From the NCBI GenBank assembly GCA_976551045.1, contig CDPCPM010000050.1, positions 10,230,001 through 10,294,000 of the forward strand: a stretch of 64,000 bases of DNA, in the 5' to 3' direction. The translations under genes and the position numbers were made by a program. Below are positions 39,585 through 52,150 of the stretch, one piece after another. Numbering within the stretch: the stretch's first letter is position 1; each line of letters starts with the position of its first letter. The notes beneath the pieces are model-generated. The model saw only the letters and a program-made list of their open reading frames with translations. It was not told where the DNA came from and did no database searches. This DNA comes from Glaucostegus cemiculus (Eukaryota).

Positions 39585-39855
39585 AAATACAGGAGGCTAC
39601 AGATGCTGCAGTCTGGAGCACCAAACAATCTGCTAGAGGAACTCAGCAGGTCAAGCAGCATCTGAGGGAGGAAAGGAGTTGTCGATGTTTTGGTTTGAAA
39701 TCCTGCATTAAGACCTGTTTCGGGTCAAAATGGGTCCTGATGAAGGGCCCTGATGCAAGATTTCAACCCGAAACGTCGACAATTCCTTTCCTCCCACAGA
39801 TGCTGCTCGATTCGCTGAGTTCCTCCAGCAGATGGTTTGTTGCTCCAGATTTGTG
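39585..39855. mobile_element. Inverted pair of Penelope-like termini with a hammerhead core
   Basis: gaggaactcagcaggtcaagcagcatctg ... cagatgctgctcgattcgctgagttcctcc; GTC CTGATGA...GAAACGTC GAC at 39734-39780. Confidence 0.75.
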
Positions 39856-40407
39856 TATTTGTTGCCCACTAGGAAAAAAACCTGAACAGTAAGACAGTGA
39901 GAGTAAAGGGCAACTCCCTGTATTACATCCAGAGATTTTGGTATTGCTTTAATGTTGTTTGTAATGTGGCAACATTATTTATTTTCTTGACTTTAGAAGA
40001 AAAATTATACCTCTATGATTTCTTGCAACCATTGAAAAACAGCCATTTCTCTCAAAAGGTTTGTAAAACAAAACCTCTATTTCCAACTGTGTTGGTGCCA
40101 ACAGGTACCTCATGTCTATCATTATCCCGACTAACTGATGCCTCATTGACTGCTCCCACTATTGCCTGCTAACATGACAATCTCCAATCACAGCAAAAGC
40201 ATTGGCATCTGCCAGTATTCACTTACCACGTGAATAACTGGCACAGTTGAAAACTTATTTGAAAGCACATTTTGCAGAGATTGGGAGAATTGTGCAATTG
40301 CAGATCTCACATATGGACAAAATTACAGCACGTGAGCTGTGTATCTGTTAGATACATCACAATACGTAGACCATTTACACAAAATTAGACTTTCTTGATG
40401 TGTTTTT

Positions 40408-40745
40408 AAGACACAAGGGACTGCAGATGTTGGTACTGGAGCCACAAACAAATCTCCTGGAGGAACACCATGGGTTGAGCAGCATCTGTGGTGGGGGGGT
40501 GGGGAAGGAAGGAATTGTTAATGTTTCGGATTGAAACCTTGCATCAGGACTGACTGTGGAGAGGGAAAATGGGCAGTATGAAGAGGAGAGTGGGAGTGGT
40601 GAAATGGTCAGTAAGTGAGTGGTTGACCAAGGATGGGTGAAGGATGATGGCCAGATGGAGCCAGGTAGGAGAGGGGGAGGGGTGGAGTTGGGAGGTAGAG
40701 ATAGGTGGATGAATGGTGGAGGCAGGCAAAAAGAAGAGGGAATGA
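40408..40745 (-). mobile_element. Non-autonomous Penelope-like element
   Basis: Reverse complement of the 3.8/51.8 kb family; variant core cagtcCTGATGC...GAAAC. Confidence 0.7.
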
Positions 40746-40877
40746 GGGGAGAGAGTATCTTTAGGCAGGTATAATAACGAATTAAATTTCTTCAAAGAAC
40801 ATTTGTGATCTTATTGAATGGTGGAGCAAGTGTGAGTGGCTGAGAGGCCCACTCCTGCTTCAGTTTCGGACTTGAAT

Positions 40878-41195
40878 CAATACAGAAGAGGCCATTCAGC
40901 CCAAAGCTTCCGTGCTAATGCCCAGGGAGCAATCTCATCAGTTCCACTCGCACTTTATTCTACTGTAGTTTTGCATCTTATTCTCTTTCAAAATTCCCCT
41001 TTGGTTCTTTTTCATCAGTAGCCGATAATAAGGAGTAACTTACAGTCGGCCATTAACCTACTTGCGCGTCTTTGGAATATGGGAGGAAACCCATGCTTGT
41101 CATTGGGTGATCATATCCACACAGACAGTGCCCCAAGTCAGGATCTAATCTGAACCGTTGGAGTTGTGAGCCAGCAATACTAATGGCTCCACCAT
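40878..41195 (-). mobile_element. V-SINE, degenerate
   Basis: acagaagaggccattcagccc tail; tctttggaatatgggaggaaaccc. Confidence 0.7.
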
Positions 41196-41304
41196 CATAT
41201 ATTCTTCTGTTTTGTTCTGGCTGAAAATTACCACTTGCATCCCAAGAATCCTAACAACATTCCTGAAGCAAAATATGCTTTGTGAACATGAAGTCCAGGA
41301 ATGG

Positions 41305-41635
41305 CAAGTGGGGCAGCAGATAGTGTGGCTGCCTCCCAGCTCCAGTGACCCAGGTTCAGTCCTGACCTCTGGTGATGTCTGTGTGGATTTTTCATAACCT
41401 GTCTGTGATGAGGTGGATTTCCCTTGGGTGCCTCAATTGCCTCCCATGTCTCAGTATGTGTTGGTTAGCAACTTAATTATTTTTGGTAAATCATTCCATT
41501 TGTAGGTGAGCTGGAGGGGACTCGGGTGGAGTTGAAAGGTACGTAAGAGAGAATAGATTATAGCCAAGTAAATGGGATTTCTCTGAGAGCCAGCATGTAC
41601 TCGATGGGCCAAATGGCTTCCTTCTGTGTAATAAC
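41305..41635 (+). mobile_element. V-SINE, degenerate
   Basis: gctgcctcccagctccagtgacccaggttcagtcctgacc...gatgggccaaatggcttccttctgtg. Confidence 0.75.
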
Positions 41636-43069
41636 ATGAACAATTTACTGACTTTGTGCAGAACACACTGGAAATCATTGACTCTCAAGTTTATTGAATT
41701 CTAAGTTTCTTTTTCCCCAAAGAAGAACTCCTTGCTTTGATCCTGATGCGAATGGCTAATGTTTGTATTTTACTCAATAATTGAAATCCACCTTTTCTTT
41801 AAGCTTTGCTGGATATGCTTCTAATTTATTTATAGTTTCCCCACAGAATGTCTGAAAGAAAAGTAATAATTTAAGCTGCAAGCCACCCAGGTAAACGAAC
41901 ACTGGTCTGGGAAATTATAAGGGAAACTGCAAGAGCCCACATATGAACACAGCACAGCAGAAATATTGATCTACAGAGACTGTGGAAGCACAATATTGAT
42001 TTTACTCAAAATCGTCCTTATTCCAGTAGACAGGTAAGCATTTAAAATAGATATGGAAGTTAATGGGAATGCAGCAGACAGAGTTTGACAGTGATATGCA
42101 CATTATTAAAACCACGAGGCCCATGGCGTGTTGTTAGGGAGCCAGATGCAATTTGCAAATGTATCATCTTCCCAGCCCATCTGCAAGCAGTTGAAACTGA
42201 CTGTGCAAGTTAATATTGCAGTGACCTGGGTCTGCACTTTGTGACATCTGAGCAGTTTAGACCATCAGATTTGTTTGCTGTGCAATGCATTCTGTTGTCT
42301 CCTCCATTATGTAACAGATGTTTAGGGTTAAGAAAGCAAACTTTCATTTAGGGTTGATTTTTTTTTACAAGTTACATGTACAGTGAAACTGACTGTGAAT
42401 TACAGGCATCTCCACCCCCTTTGCACCACACCACCAAAAACTGCTGCAAAGCAAGCATATTCTTTCAGGTCAACCAAAGGAGAGGGTGCGCAATAAGGCA
42501 GAGCTAAAAATAAATCTGGCAGCTTCAGTAACCAGCAGACACTCAGCTTTGGCCTGAACGTGATTGTTAATGATGATAGAGCCCCATGTGGTCCCAGAAA
42601 TGCTTAATAAGATCTATAGAAACGAGTGCACTTTATGTTGTTCTGCTCTACCATATTGTTAATACAGGTGAGAGTTTTGAGTGTTGACCACTTATCCTAA
42701 CTGGAGTAATACATAAAAACAAGAAGACATTGTAAACATTGAAGAATCTATTTATAATTTAAAATGTTGGTGCTAGAAGGTTCGTCTAACATGCCAACTG
42801 TCTGTTCACTCTGGCTGTTGAAACCTCCATTGTTGAAAATTTGGTATTATTCTGATTACCCTGGTCCCCTCCCTACTCCTCCCTCTTCAGTTTGTTTCTA
42901 AACATTGAAGCAACTGAGTTACTTTTTTTTGTACTTTCACCATCTCCTCCAGTTCTCAGCCCATGGTTTTGGCCACATGTGGTTTCACAGCTGCCATCAG
43001 CCTTCTGCCCTTCAGTCAATCTTTCCTGTTATGATTTGTCGAGGATTTCAACTGTGGGCAATGATAATG

Positions 43070-43370
43070 GTGGCAAAAACAGCTTGCACTTATACAGCAC
43101 CTGTAACCTCAATTGAAAGTTGCCAGGACACCTGATAAGAGCATTACCAGACAAAAACCTAGCACCGAGCCACATAAGGAGAGGGCAGGATAGATGACTA
43201 TAGCTTTGGTTAAAGAGGGGGGTTTTTACAGAATGACTTAGTGAAGAGAGGAATCAATAAATGAGGATGTTTAGGATAGTTGAAACCATGGCAACCAAAT
43301 CAGGATGTGCTAGAGGCCAGACCAGACATAGAAGAGTGCAGAGATCTTGTGTTGGAAGAGATTACACAAA
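43070..43370 (-). mobile_element. L2 LINE 3' end
   Basis: cttgcacttatacagcacc...gagccacataaggag...gctttggttaaagagg. Confidence 0.65.
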
Positions 43371-45004
43371 TGCTCACATTCTCTGAGCTGTATTTTCCAG
43401 CAGAAATGTGGGAAAAATAGCAAGCAATTCATTCCCTACTGTACGAGGCACTACATTGTTGGATAAAAGATGATTAGAAGCTGAATTCCATTTACCTCTC
43501 TTAATAGGTAATGATTGGGAGCCTCTTTCATTATCAAAAGTTCTGAGGTTCATTGAGATGACTTGACCATTTCTTCGGTTAAGGTCAGCCAATTAAAAGA
43601 AAGAACAAAACTTGCCACCTTCTCAAGCTCCCAGTTCTGTGATTTTCCACTTAAACTATTGGGGTGTCATTTGTATCACCAAGTACCTTCTCTCTTAAAC
43701 TGATCAGACTGCACTCAAGGTCAGGGAGGTGACCCTTATTATCTGACATCAATAAAACCATCGGGTTATACACCACACAATTTTAATTTATTGAGCAAAT
43801 GGGGCCACTTATGTGAAAAGTGCTGCCATCAGTGTTCTGGACAAGAAGCAAGAAACAGTCAAATGTACTTAGTTTGTTAATTTTCCATTTCCTTCAATGA
43901 GTGTGCATGAAAAATCAATAACACAAGAATAAGCAAGTCAGGCTGAAGGATGCAACTTTGAGAAAGATAGATTCAAACAGCTGCTGGTGTTTGATGCTTC
44001 TTTTCTGTCTTAGTAAACTACTTAATTTTCATATAATACAAACCGACTGTGCTATTTCCTGGCAATTAATTGTAGATTAGCCCTTGCAGTGATGACAAGT
44101 CGGAATATCTCCTTCAGTGAAGATGACACCAGGCATCAAAGAATGCCCTGGGTACACAACTCCCACACTGAATCCACCGAGGTTGATTTCACTATCTGTG
44201 CCTGGTAGTAACAGGATGGCAGTGACCTCTGAATTGGTCAGAAGCCTTACGGCCTCTGTTAGTGCAGTCAACTCCATTTTGAATAACGGGCTTACTGACT
44301 TCAATCTAAGGCCCCTGCCTGATTCAAGTGATCCGTCCCCTTGTAAAGGGGGAAATTGGGGTATTATAGTGCAGCCTGGTTCATTGTTATACGTCGGAGC
44401 CTGCACTGTTCGCACTTCAAGCAGTTCCAAAATTCTGAGCCAAAGCAAAGTCAAATTGCTTATGTGAGTTCTGGCGTGGTGCAGGAATTACAATCTGGGC
44501 TACAGGCACTCCAGGAGCCCCATCCTCTTGGATTGTATCCCCCCCCCCCCGACCCACCCTTCCCTAGTGCTCCTTGCATCACCCTCACAATTTACACCTC
44601 GCTGATGGCTGGTTCAGCTCGACCTCACCCAATATGATCAGCTGCACCAGGGTTCCTGCTTGAAGAGCAAGTCCTGTGCAAAGCAATGAGGACACTTTGA
44701 AAAACATTTAAAACCCTGACTCTCAGAGGGATATTCATCCCACAGAAACCCAGATGGTTTGGATTACAGCAGTATCCCAGCATTCAGTGTGACAGAATGG
44801 TTTCTCTCACCATGTTTTCAATCCGGTATGAAAACCAGCCTAGTGTGGTTCAGATCACTTATAAAACATCTTCACCGTGGAAGGTATAAACAGGCTGCAG
44901 GCAGCATTTTCCTTTTATTTCCCAAGTGGCGTGTTCCCTTTTCCATTCAAACCCTGTGCGCACGCGTGTGTGTGTGCGTGTGCGCGGTTCCTGTTTTTTG
45001 TTGT

Positions 45005-46720
45005 GGAGTTGTACAGCACTGAATTGTCCCCTTTGGCCCTCTGCATCCATGCTGACCTTATGCCCATCTACACGGATCCCAATTGCCCACAGTAGCTTTG
45101 CATCCTTCTACGCCTTACCTATTCAAGTGCCTGTCTAGGTATTGTTTAAATGTAGTGATTGTGTCTGATTCCACTACCACCTCCTGCAGTGAGTTCCAGA
45201 TATCAACCACCCTGTGTTTTAAAACTTACCCCCTCAGATCTCCTTTAAATCTGCTTCCTCTCACCGCAAACCTATGCCTCCTTGTTTTTGATACCCCTAC
45301 CATGGGGTGAAAAAAGATTCTGCTGATCTACCCTATCCACATTCTTATAAGTTGATACACTTCTATCAGGTCACTCCTCAGCCTCCTTCACACCAAGGCA
45401 AACAGGTCCAATCTCTCCCCATAACTAAAGCTCTCCAATCCAGGCAACGTCCTGCTGATCTTTCTCTGCACTCTCTTCACCACAACCACATCATTCCTAC
45501 AGTGGTGACCAGAACTGCAAGAAATACTCCAAACATGGTCTAGCCAGTGTTTTGTAAAGTCGCAACATTACACTGCAGCTTTTATATTTATGCCCCAACC
45601 AATGAAAGTAAGCATGCCGTATAACTTCTTCACCATCCTCTCTACCTGTATTGCCATTATCAGGGAACTATGGACTCTATCCCCAAGATGCTTCTGTTCA
45701 TCAACATTACTTGGCCCCCAACCATTTCCTGTAAATATCCTCACCCATTTGACTTCCCAAATGCGTCACTTCACACTCGTCGGAATTAAATTCCATCTGC
45801 CAAAGCTCCACCCAACTTTCCATCTGATCTGTATCCTGCTGTGGCCTTCCTCACTATTCACAACACCACCAATTCTTGTGTCATCTGCAGACTTACAAAT
45901 CATACCTCCTGCAGTTACATTTTACTTATTAAAGTATATCACAAACAATAAAAGTCACAGCACTGGTCACAGACTTCTAATCCAAAAAGTATCCTTTCAC
46001 CAAGCCAATTTTGGATCGAATTAGCCAGCTCACCTTGGATCCAATGTGTTTTAGCATTCTGGACCAGCCTACTACATAGGATCTTGTCAAATGCCTTACT
46101 ACAGTCTATATGGAATTCTGCCCTGCCTTCATCAATCTCCTTAGTTACCTCCTCAAAAACTTAATCAAATGAGTGAAACAGGATGCCTTCTGCTCAAAGC
46201 CATGCTGGTTATTCCCGCCTTTGCAAATGTACGTAAATCCCATCCCTCAGAACTTTGTCCAATGACTTCTCTACCACTGATATCTAGCTTATTGTTGGTG
46301 CTCTTAGTTAAAGAAACAACATCAGCTATCCTCCAATGTTCTGGTATCTGTGGCTCATGAAGATGCAAAATTCTCCATCAGAGCTCTGTCGATCACCATC
46401 CTTGCTTCCCATGGCAATCTTGTTTAGCCCTGGGAATATGACAACCCTTGTGTGTCCCAATAACATCTAATACCTCTACCTTCTTAAAACTGACATGCTT
46501 TAGATTATCGACATAACCCTCCCTGAACTCACTTTCTTCTGCATTGTTCTCCTTAGTGAATACAGATGAGAAGTATTCAGCTAGGACCTCATCCACATCC
46601 CCTGGCTCCACATACTGATTACCCCTTTGGTCCCTAAGGGGACCCATTCATTTCCTGGCTATACTCTTGCTCGATATACTTATTAGAATGTCTTGGGATT
46701 CTCCTTAATCTTACTTGCCG
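45005..46720 (-). mobile_element. CR1 LINE ORF2 fragment with internal deletions
   Basis: Minus-strand peptides GPLRDQRGN..EVLAEYFSSVFTKE and IPEHWRIADVV; atctgcagactt (FADD region in reverse); 3' tail near 45.0 kb. Confidence 0.9.
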
Positions 46721-47684
46721 AGGTCAAGCCTTTCTGGCTGAGTTGAATTCCTGTGGTTGGTTGAGTGAGTGTAAGTTTGTCATGGGGGTTCATGCCTGAG
46801 TGCTGGAAGGGGACAGGGGTGTGTGGAAATTGGTGGTGGAGTTTTGGGGTCCAGAGTTATTGCCTTGTTCTCACACGCATTTTATTCTGAACTTCTGCTT
46901 GCATGTAACCTCGGCGTGAAGGATTGTGTCACCGATATTAGCTTGGAGGTTTATTGACAGTGCACAGGTCAAAGTGAAATCTGGCACACTCTCGGTTTGT
47001 TGTGGTATTTTGCAGATGGTTGATGGTGTATAAAATTTCATCTTTTGTAACGGTAGTATTTATTTTTGTTTGGGTGTCAAAAATCTAGGCATTTGCTTGC
47101 AGTGGTTTCAAACAAAGTTCAAACAATACGTTTGTTTTGTGTTGCCAGTGGAATTCTAGATGTAAAAAGCAGGTTGTTATTTTTTTTGAATGGTTCAGCC
47201 GCTCAGGCTGTGTGGTAACAAGGTATAATTGAGTTAAAATATACCTACAGCATGCTCAATCTAATTGAATGGTGTAGGAAACAGCTTCTATTTTAAATTG
47301 GGCTTTCATAAAGCCTTGTTTATTTGCTCGGAGGCAGTCCTAAAGGCATCCGTAGCAATCTCGACTGCTGCTGTATCATTATGTCTGCTGTTGTGAAGGA
47401 GAATGGGTGGCCTTGTGAGAGGTGCAGTTCATTCAGTGAGCTGCAGTGGGCTCTGCAACGTGAGCCGATTATCATTCAATTCCGATCAAGGCTGGCAGAA
47501 TTTGCGAGTCCAGAGTCTCTTAAATAGGGACTTTGAATTGAAAGGAATGGGAGGAAGCCATTCAGCCCATCAGCTGACATGCAATTAAACCAGGACTCTA
47601 AGGCAGGAGTATACAAGTCCTGTTTAGAGTGGGTCAGATTGACAATCCAAATCACTTACGAAGGCCACTCATTATAAGATGAGA

Positions 47685-47977
47685 TTCCTTTATTAGTCAC
47701 ATGTACATTGAAACACACAGTGAAATGCATCTTTTGCGTAGAGTGTTCTGGGGGCAGACCGCAAGTGTCACCATGCTTCCGGCGCCAACATAGCATGCCC
47801 GCAACTTCCTAACCCGTACATCTTTGGAATGTGGGAGGAAACCGGAGCACCCGGAGGAAACCCAGGCCGACATGGGGAAAACGTACAAACTGCTTACAGA
47901 CAGCGGCTGGAATTGAACCCGGGTCGCTGGTGCTGTAATAGTGTTACGCTAACCACAGCACTACCATGCCTGCCGTG
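47685..47977 (-). mobile_element. Young full-length V-SINE, same subfamily as the 25.9-26.2 kb copy
   Basis: Collinear and highly similar to 25940-26239. Confidence 0.9.
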
Positions 47978-48774
47978 CCTGCATTATGTAAAGTATATTA
48001 CATTAACCATACAAAAGTGAGTTTTTTAGTCATGTTTTCAAAGGCACATGTGCTAGGCCATTAACAACTTAGTTTTTATGCAGTTAGTTATCAAACAACA
48101 GGCCACAATGCATCCTTATTTTCTATGTAGGGAATTGTAATGCAGCATTTGTGCTTGGTTAAAATCTTTACCGAAAACTGAAAATTGTTTCAAACATCAA
48201 CCCTGAGATTCAATGGCTGATGAGGTCTAGATCAAAACAACATTTCATCATTTAGTTTAATTCATTCACTGCTATATAAATTACAGTAAACTTTAAAGAT
48301 TAAAATAATGCACATCAATCCTGTGCTCTAACGTATTTTGTTCTGTTGGCCACAGTACTTGCTGATCATAAAAAGCACTAGTTCCAAACTGCTGGTACTT
48401 CAAGAACTTCCCCCCACCTCACTCCACCACCCTGACCCCACTAATGTCTTGCTACTGTCAACTGTCCTGCAAATATTCCACTGAGTTTCCAAATAGAGAG
48501 CAGATCTGGGGACTGCTCAACTTGCACAGGGTGATTATTGGAGTGTGACAAACTGAAACGCAAGCTGCTTGTCCCAGCTGTGTGTCAGCTGCCCTCTCAG
48601 GCACAAATGCCATGTTGGGCATTTACTTCAGAAATTGATGGAGCTCTTTCTCATAAAACAACAGACATGACATTTCTCCAAGATGCTTCCTTGGATGTCC
48701 CAGGGGGTGGAGAGTGGGTGTTATGGACTTCAGAGGTACAGTGGAGAAATACATGATGTGTTGAGAACATAAGG

Positions 48775-48985
48775 CAAACAGAAGAGTGGTAGATGCCTGG
48801 AATGCATTGCCTGATAGGGTGGTGGAGGCAAGTTCATTGGGGGCTTTCAAGAGGGGCTTGGATGGTCTTATGAATGAGAGGAAAATAGAGAGATATGGGC
48901 ATTCTGCAGGTAGGAGAGATTAGTTATGTCAGCACAACATTGTGGGCCTGTTCTGTGCTGTACTGTTCTATGTTCCATGTTCTAT
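48775..48985 (+). mobile_element. CR1 3' end
   Basis: gagtggtagatgcctggaatgcattgcc...gggcctgttctgtgctgtactgttctatgttc. Confidence 0.85.
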
Positions 48986-49782
48986 AATCATGACTGAGCT
49001 TTTACCTCACTAACCCCATTAACCTTGGTCCCCTTAATATTTAGAATGGTATGGATCTTGAATATACAGTGACCATCTCACCACAGCTCTTGTGGGCAGA
49101 GTTTTCTTTCTGGGTAAAGAAATTTCTTCTCATCTCTGTCTATACCATTGATTAGACAGGAGTGGAACTGGGTGAGGCAAGTCTAACTGATCTGGGAAAT
49201 AGTGGAGAGTGGTGTGGCTAAAAGTACAAAGGTGACTTGGATACATGATGCACACTTGCATAATCGCAAGGAATGCGAGTTTAGTTGGGCTCATTTTCCA
49301 CGGGGGGGGGAGGAGGAGGAAGAACCTGAGAGAGGCTGGACACAGTTATGGAAGGCAGCAGCTTAATGTTCTCTTCACTCTGTAGCTCGTCTCTGCTCAG
49401 CGATTTCCTGCATTTAGATAGCTAAAGTCAAGAGCTAGGATGAATGCTCTGCACAATTCTAATTTGCTCTGGTGCAGCACTGGATGCTTATGTTTTATTC
49501 CTGGTTCTTCTCCTCGTGCTGCTTGACAGGATTACACTTCCAGGGTTTCCTCTGTGTGTAACCTTGGGCTTGGTGATGCAACTTCTGATTAACTGGAGTC
49601 AAGTCCAGTCTCTCTGTGTTTATTGGGGAGAGTGGTGAATGAACAACAGCAAGAGGGGAATTACCAGCAATTGCCTTCTCTCCTACTGGTGCCACAAAAG
49701 GCTTAAAACCATTGACTGATCCTAAAAGTGTTGCTCCACATGGGGCACTTACTCAGTGAACTATCAGGGGAGCTGATGTTTT

Positions 49783-49873
49783 ATATGGGCATTCTGTAGG
49801 TAGGAGGGATTAGCTATGTCAGCACAACGTTGTGAGCCGAAGGGCCTGTTCTGTGCTGTACTGTTCTATGTTC
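49783..49873 (+). mobile_element. Short CR1 3' tail
   Basis: Near copy of 48892-48975. Confidence 0.8.
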
Positions 49874-51159
49874 TTATCTCAGTCATGGAATAAAATCATC
49901 AATTCGCACTGCACACAAGGAGGACACTTTGCCCATTGTGCCTGTCATAATTCTTTCCTCTCCAGTTCTTTATCCACGCCTTCCTCTTCTGATGCACATC
50001 CATTTAAAGGAGGAACCTTGTTTCTGCTGATACCAGTAAAGTGCAAAACCTCCTCATTTTTTAAACCTTTTGCTAAATGTGCATTTGTGTGGAGCAGACA
50101 GAGTGAGAATCTGTTTTCCCAATAAAGCATGCATTCATTGTTGATACAGGTTACTTAATGGCCTGGAACAGTTTGTCAAACTCTGTGTGGCTGAGTATGG
50201 ATCTTCCTCATGGGACTGCTTTGTAAAGGTCTTGGTCGGATTTGCAGCTTAACCCAGCCTGTCTGAAGCAGGAACCTTTAAAGTGACACTTCAGTGAGGT
50301 GATGTGTTGGGAATTACACACTTCAATGACGCATTCAGCTTCTATCTCAACTCAGTTCAAAACAACAAACTCGCTTCTTTCTTCTGCTGCTTTGTTGGCT
50401 CCCTCCCAGCTCTGCTTATTCTGCATCAGCTGAAAGGAGATGTGATTTACAGGTGACCCAGCTTCTCCCACTGAATGCTTCTTCCCACCGTGAGCTTGCC
50501 CAAGAACTGCCATGAGATTCACTGTTTAATGACTTGTCTGACAACGTGAATCTGGTTAATATCCCAATCTTTGGCATAAAAACCTAATGAGCAGTTTGTG
50601 TGCAGATCCCACACTGCCCCCTTGGCAATGGTCCAATGCTGTTTTGCTAATCTAGGTTTTGGTAATCCATTGACAGGCACACTAATTGTTATAAACCCTG
50701 CATGTGTATGTCTTCAGTTGTCACTATGTCCATACTTTAGTTATAAGCCTTTCAAAATAGCTTCAGTTTGGTATTATAGAACATGAGGGAGTGACACTTG
50801 AGAACTTGTATGTACCTTTGACAAGCATTATTTGCATCATTTCTGGCTGACTTTTAGCTCTGAATGTGAACATTGTGCATACAAGGGTTAGGCTATAATC
50901 CTAGTTGACATATCAGTATCTTTGCAGAAGTCCATTTTGTTCAGTAAACACTGGGGTGACTGAAGCCAATGATGCCAACAGCAGTTTTCACCCTGATCTC
51001 CCTTTCTGTTTAGCCACTCAGCTGATGACCTGAATCTTGCCAGAATCCCAAACCCATTGAGCATGTTTTGGGACAGCTCCTGGTACAACATCAGTCATTA
51101 TACAGCACATGGGATTAACAACCTCTCAATGTATGTCAGAAACAAGAATATTTTTCACA

Positions 51160-51755
51160 GCCGTGGAGCCATTTTTGACACCAAGATTTTCCTCCAGTTA
51201 CATATCCATGCCACCACTGTGATGGACTACTTCAGATTGTGTTACAACCTCAGTCTCGGCTCATCCACTGCTGAGAGTCTCATTTATGACTTTGTCCACT
51301 CTGGAGTCAACTATTCCAAGGCATTCTAAATCAGCTGCCATAAAGGGCGGCACGATAGCGTAGCGGTTAGTGTGATGCTGTTACAGCGCCAGCAATCGGG
51401 GTTCGATTCCCATCGCTGACTGTAAGGAGTTTGTACGTTCTTCCGTGTCTGCGTGGGTTTCCTCCGGGTGATCCGTTTTCCTCCCACAATCTAAAGACGT
51501 ACGGGTAGGTTAATTTGGGGGGTTTAAAATGGGTGGTGTGGACTCGGTTGGGCGGAAAGGGCCTGTTACCATGCTGTAAATAATTAAAAAAAAATCTCCA
51601 TGAAATTCTGGCCGCTCAAACTTCTGTTACGCTTTTCCTCGGTCTTGTTCGCCAATCACCCCAATACTTGCTGACCCCACTGCTTTCTAGTTAAGCAACT
51701 TCTCAATATTAAAGTTCTCGCCCTTCATTTCAAATTCCATCACAGCCTCCTCAGA
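51160..51755 (+). mobile_element. L2 LINE ORF2 C-terminal fragment split by a SINE
   Basis: AESLIYDFVHSGVNYSKAF (cf. AETLIHAFVTSRLDYCNAL) before the SINE; SPITPILAD/HCFLVKQLLNIKVL..FK (cf. HWLPV..RI.FK) after it. Confidence 0.75.
51345..51594 (+). mobile_element. Young V-SINE with CR1-type tail and A-rich end
   Basis: gggcggcacgatagcgtagcggttag / ggttcgattcc head, V core, gggcctgttaccatgctgtaaataattaaaaaaaaa. Confidence 0.9.
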
Positions 51756-51756
51756 C

Positions 51757-52150
51757 TTGGTCTACCCATCACCCACACACTCCTCCCATCGGGATCCCTC
51801 CCTCTTCTATTCCCACCTGCTCACCCACCTCCCTAATTTGATTCAATGCTCCACCTCTCCAATCAGATTCCATCATCTTCAGCCCTTTTTTGCCTCCACC
51901 TATCACCTCCCAGCCTCTGTCGCAATTTTTACTCTCTCTCCTCCACCTACCTGCCATCCCTTCTCATCTGGGTCCACCTATTATTTGCCAGCTCTTGCCG
52001 CAACCCTTCCCTTCACCTTTTTATACTGGCTATCTCCCCTCTATCTTTCAGTCCAGATGAAGGGTCTCGATCCGAGATGTCAACTGTCCATTTCCCTCCA
52101 CAGCTGCTATCTGACCCATTGAGTTCCTCCAGCATCTCATTTGTTGCTAA
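51757..52150 (+). mobile_element. Non-autonomous Penelope-like element with mutated hammerhead core
   Basis: cagtcCAGATGAagggtctcgatccGAGATgtcaactg; body homologous to 3770-4182. Confidence 0.7.

Noticed and set aside
41847-42038. Exon-like block with a good acceptor and two donors
   Set aside because: Stops in all three frames after the acceptor; at most non-coding
48892-49873. Direct repeats as LTR pair
   Set aside because: Both are ordinary CR1 3' tails, with no LTR hallmarks or internal coding sequence
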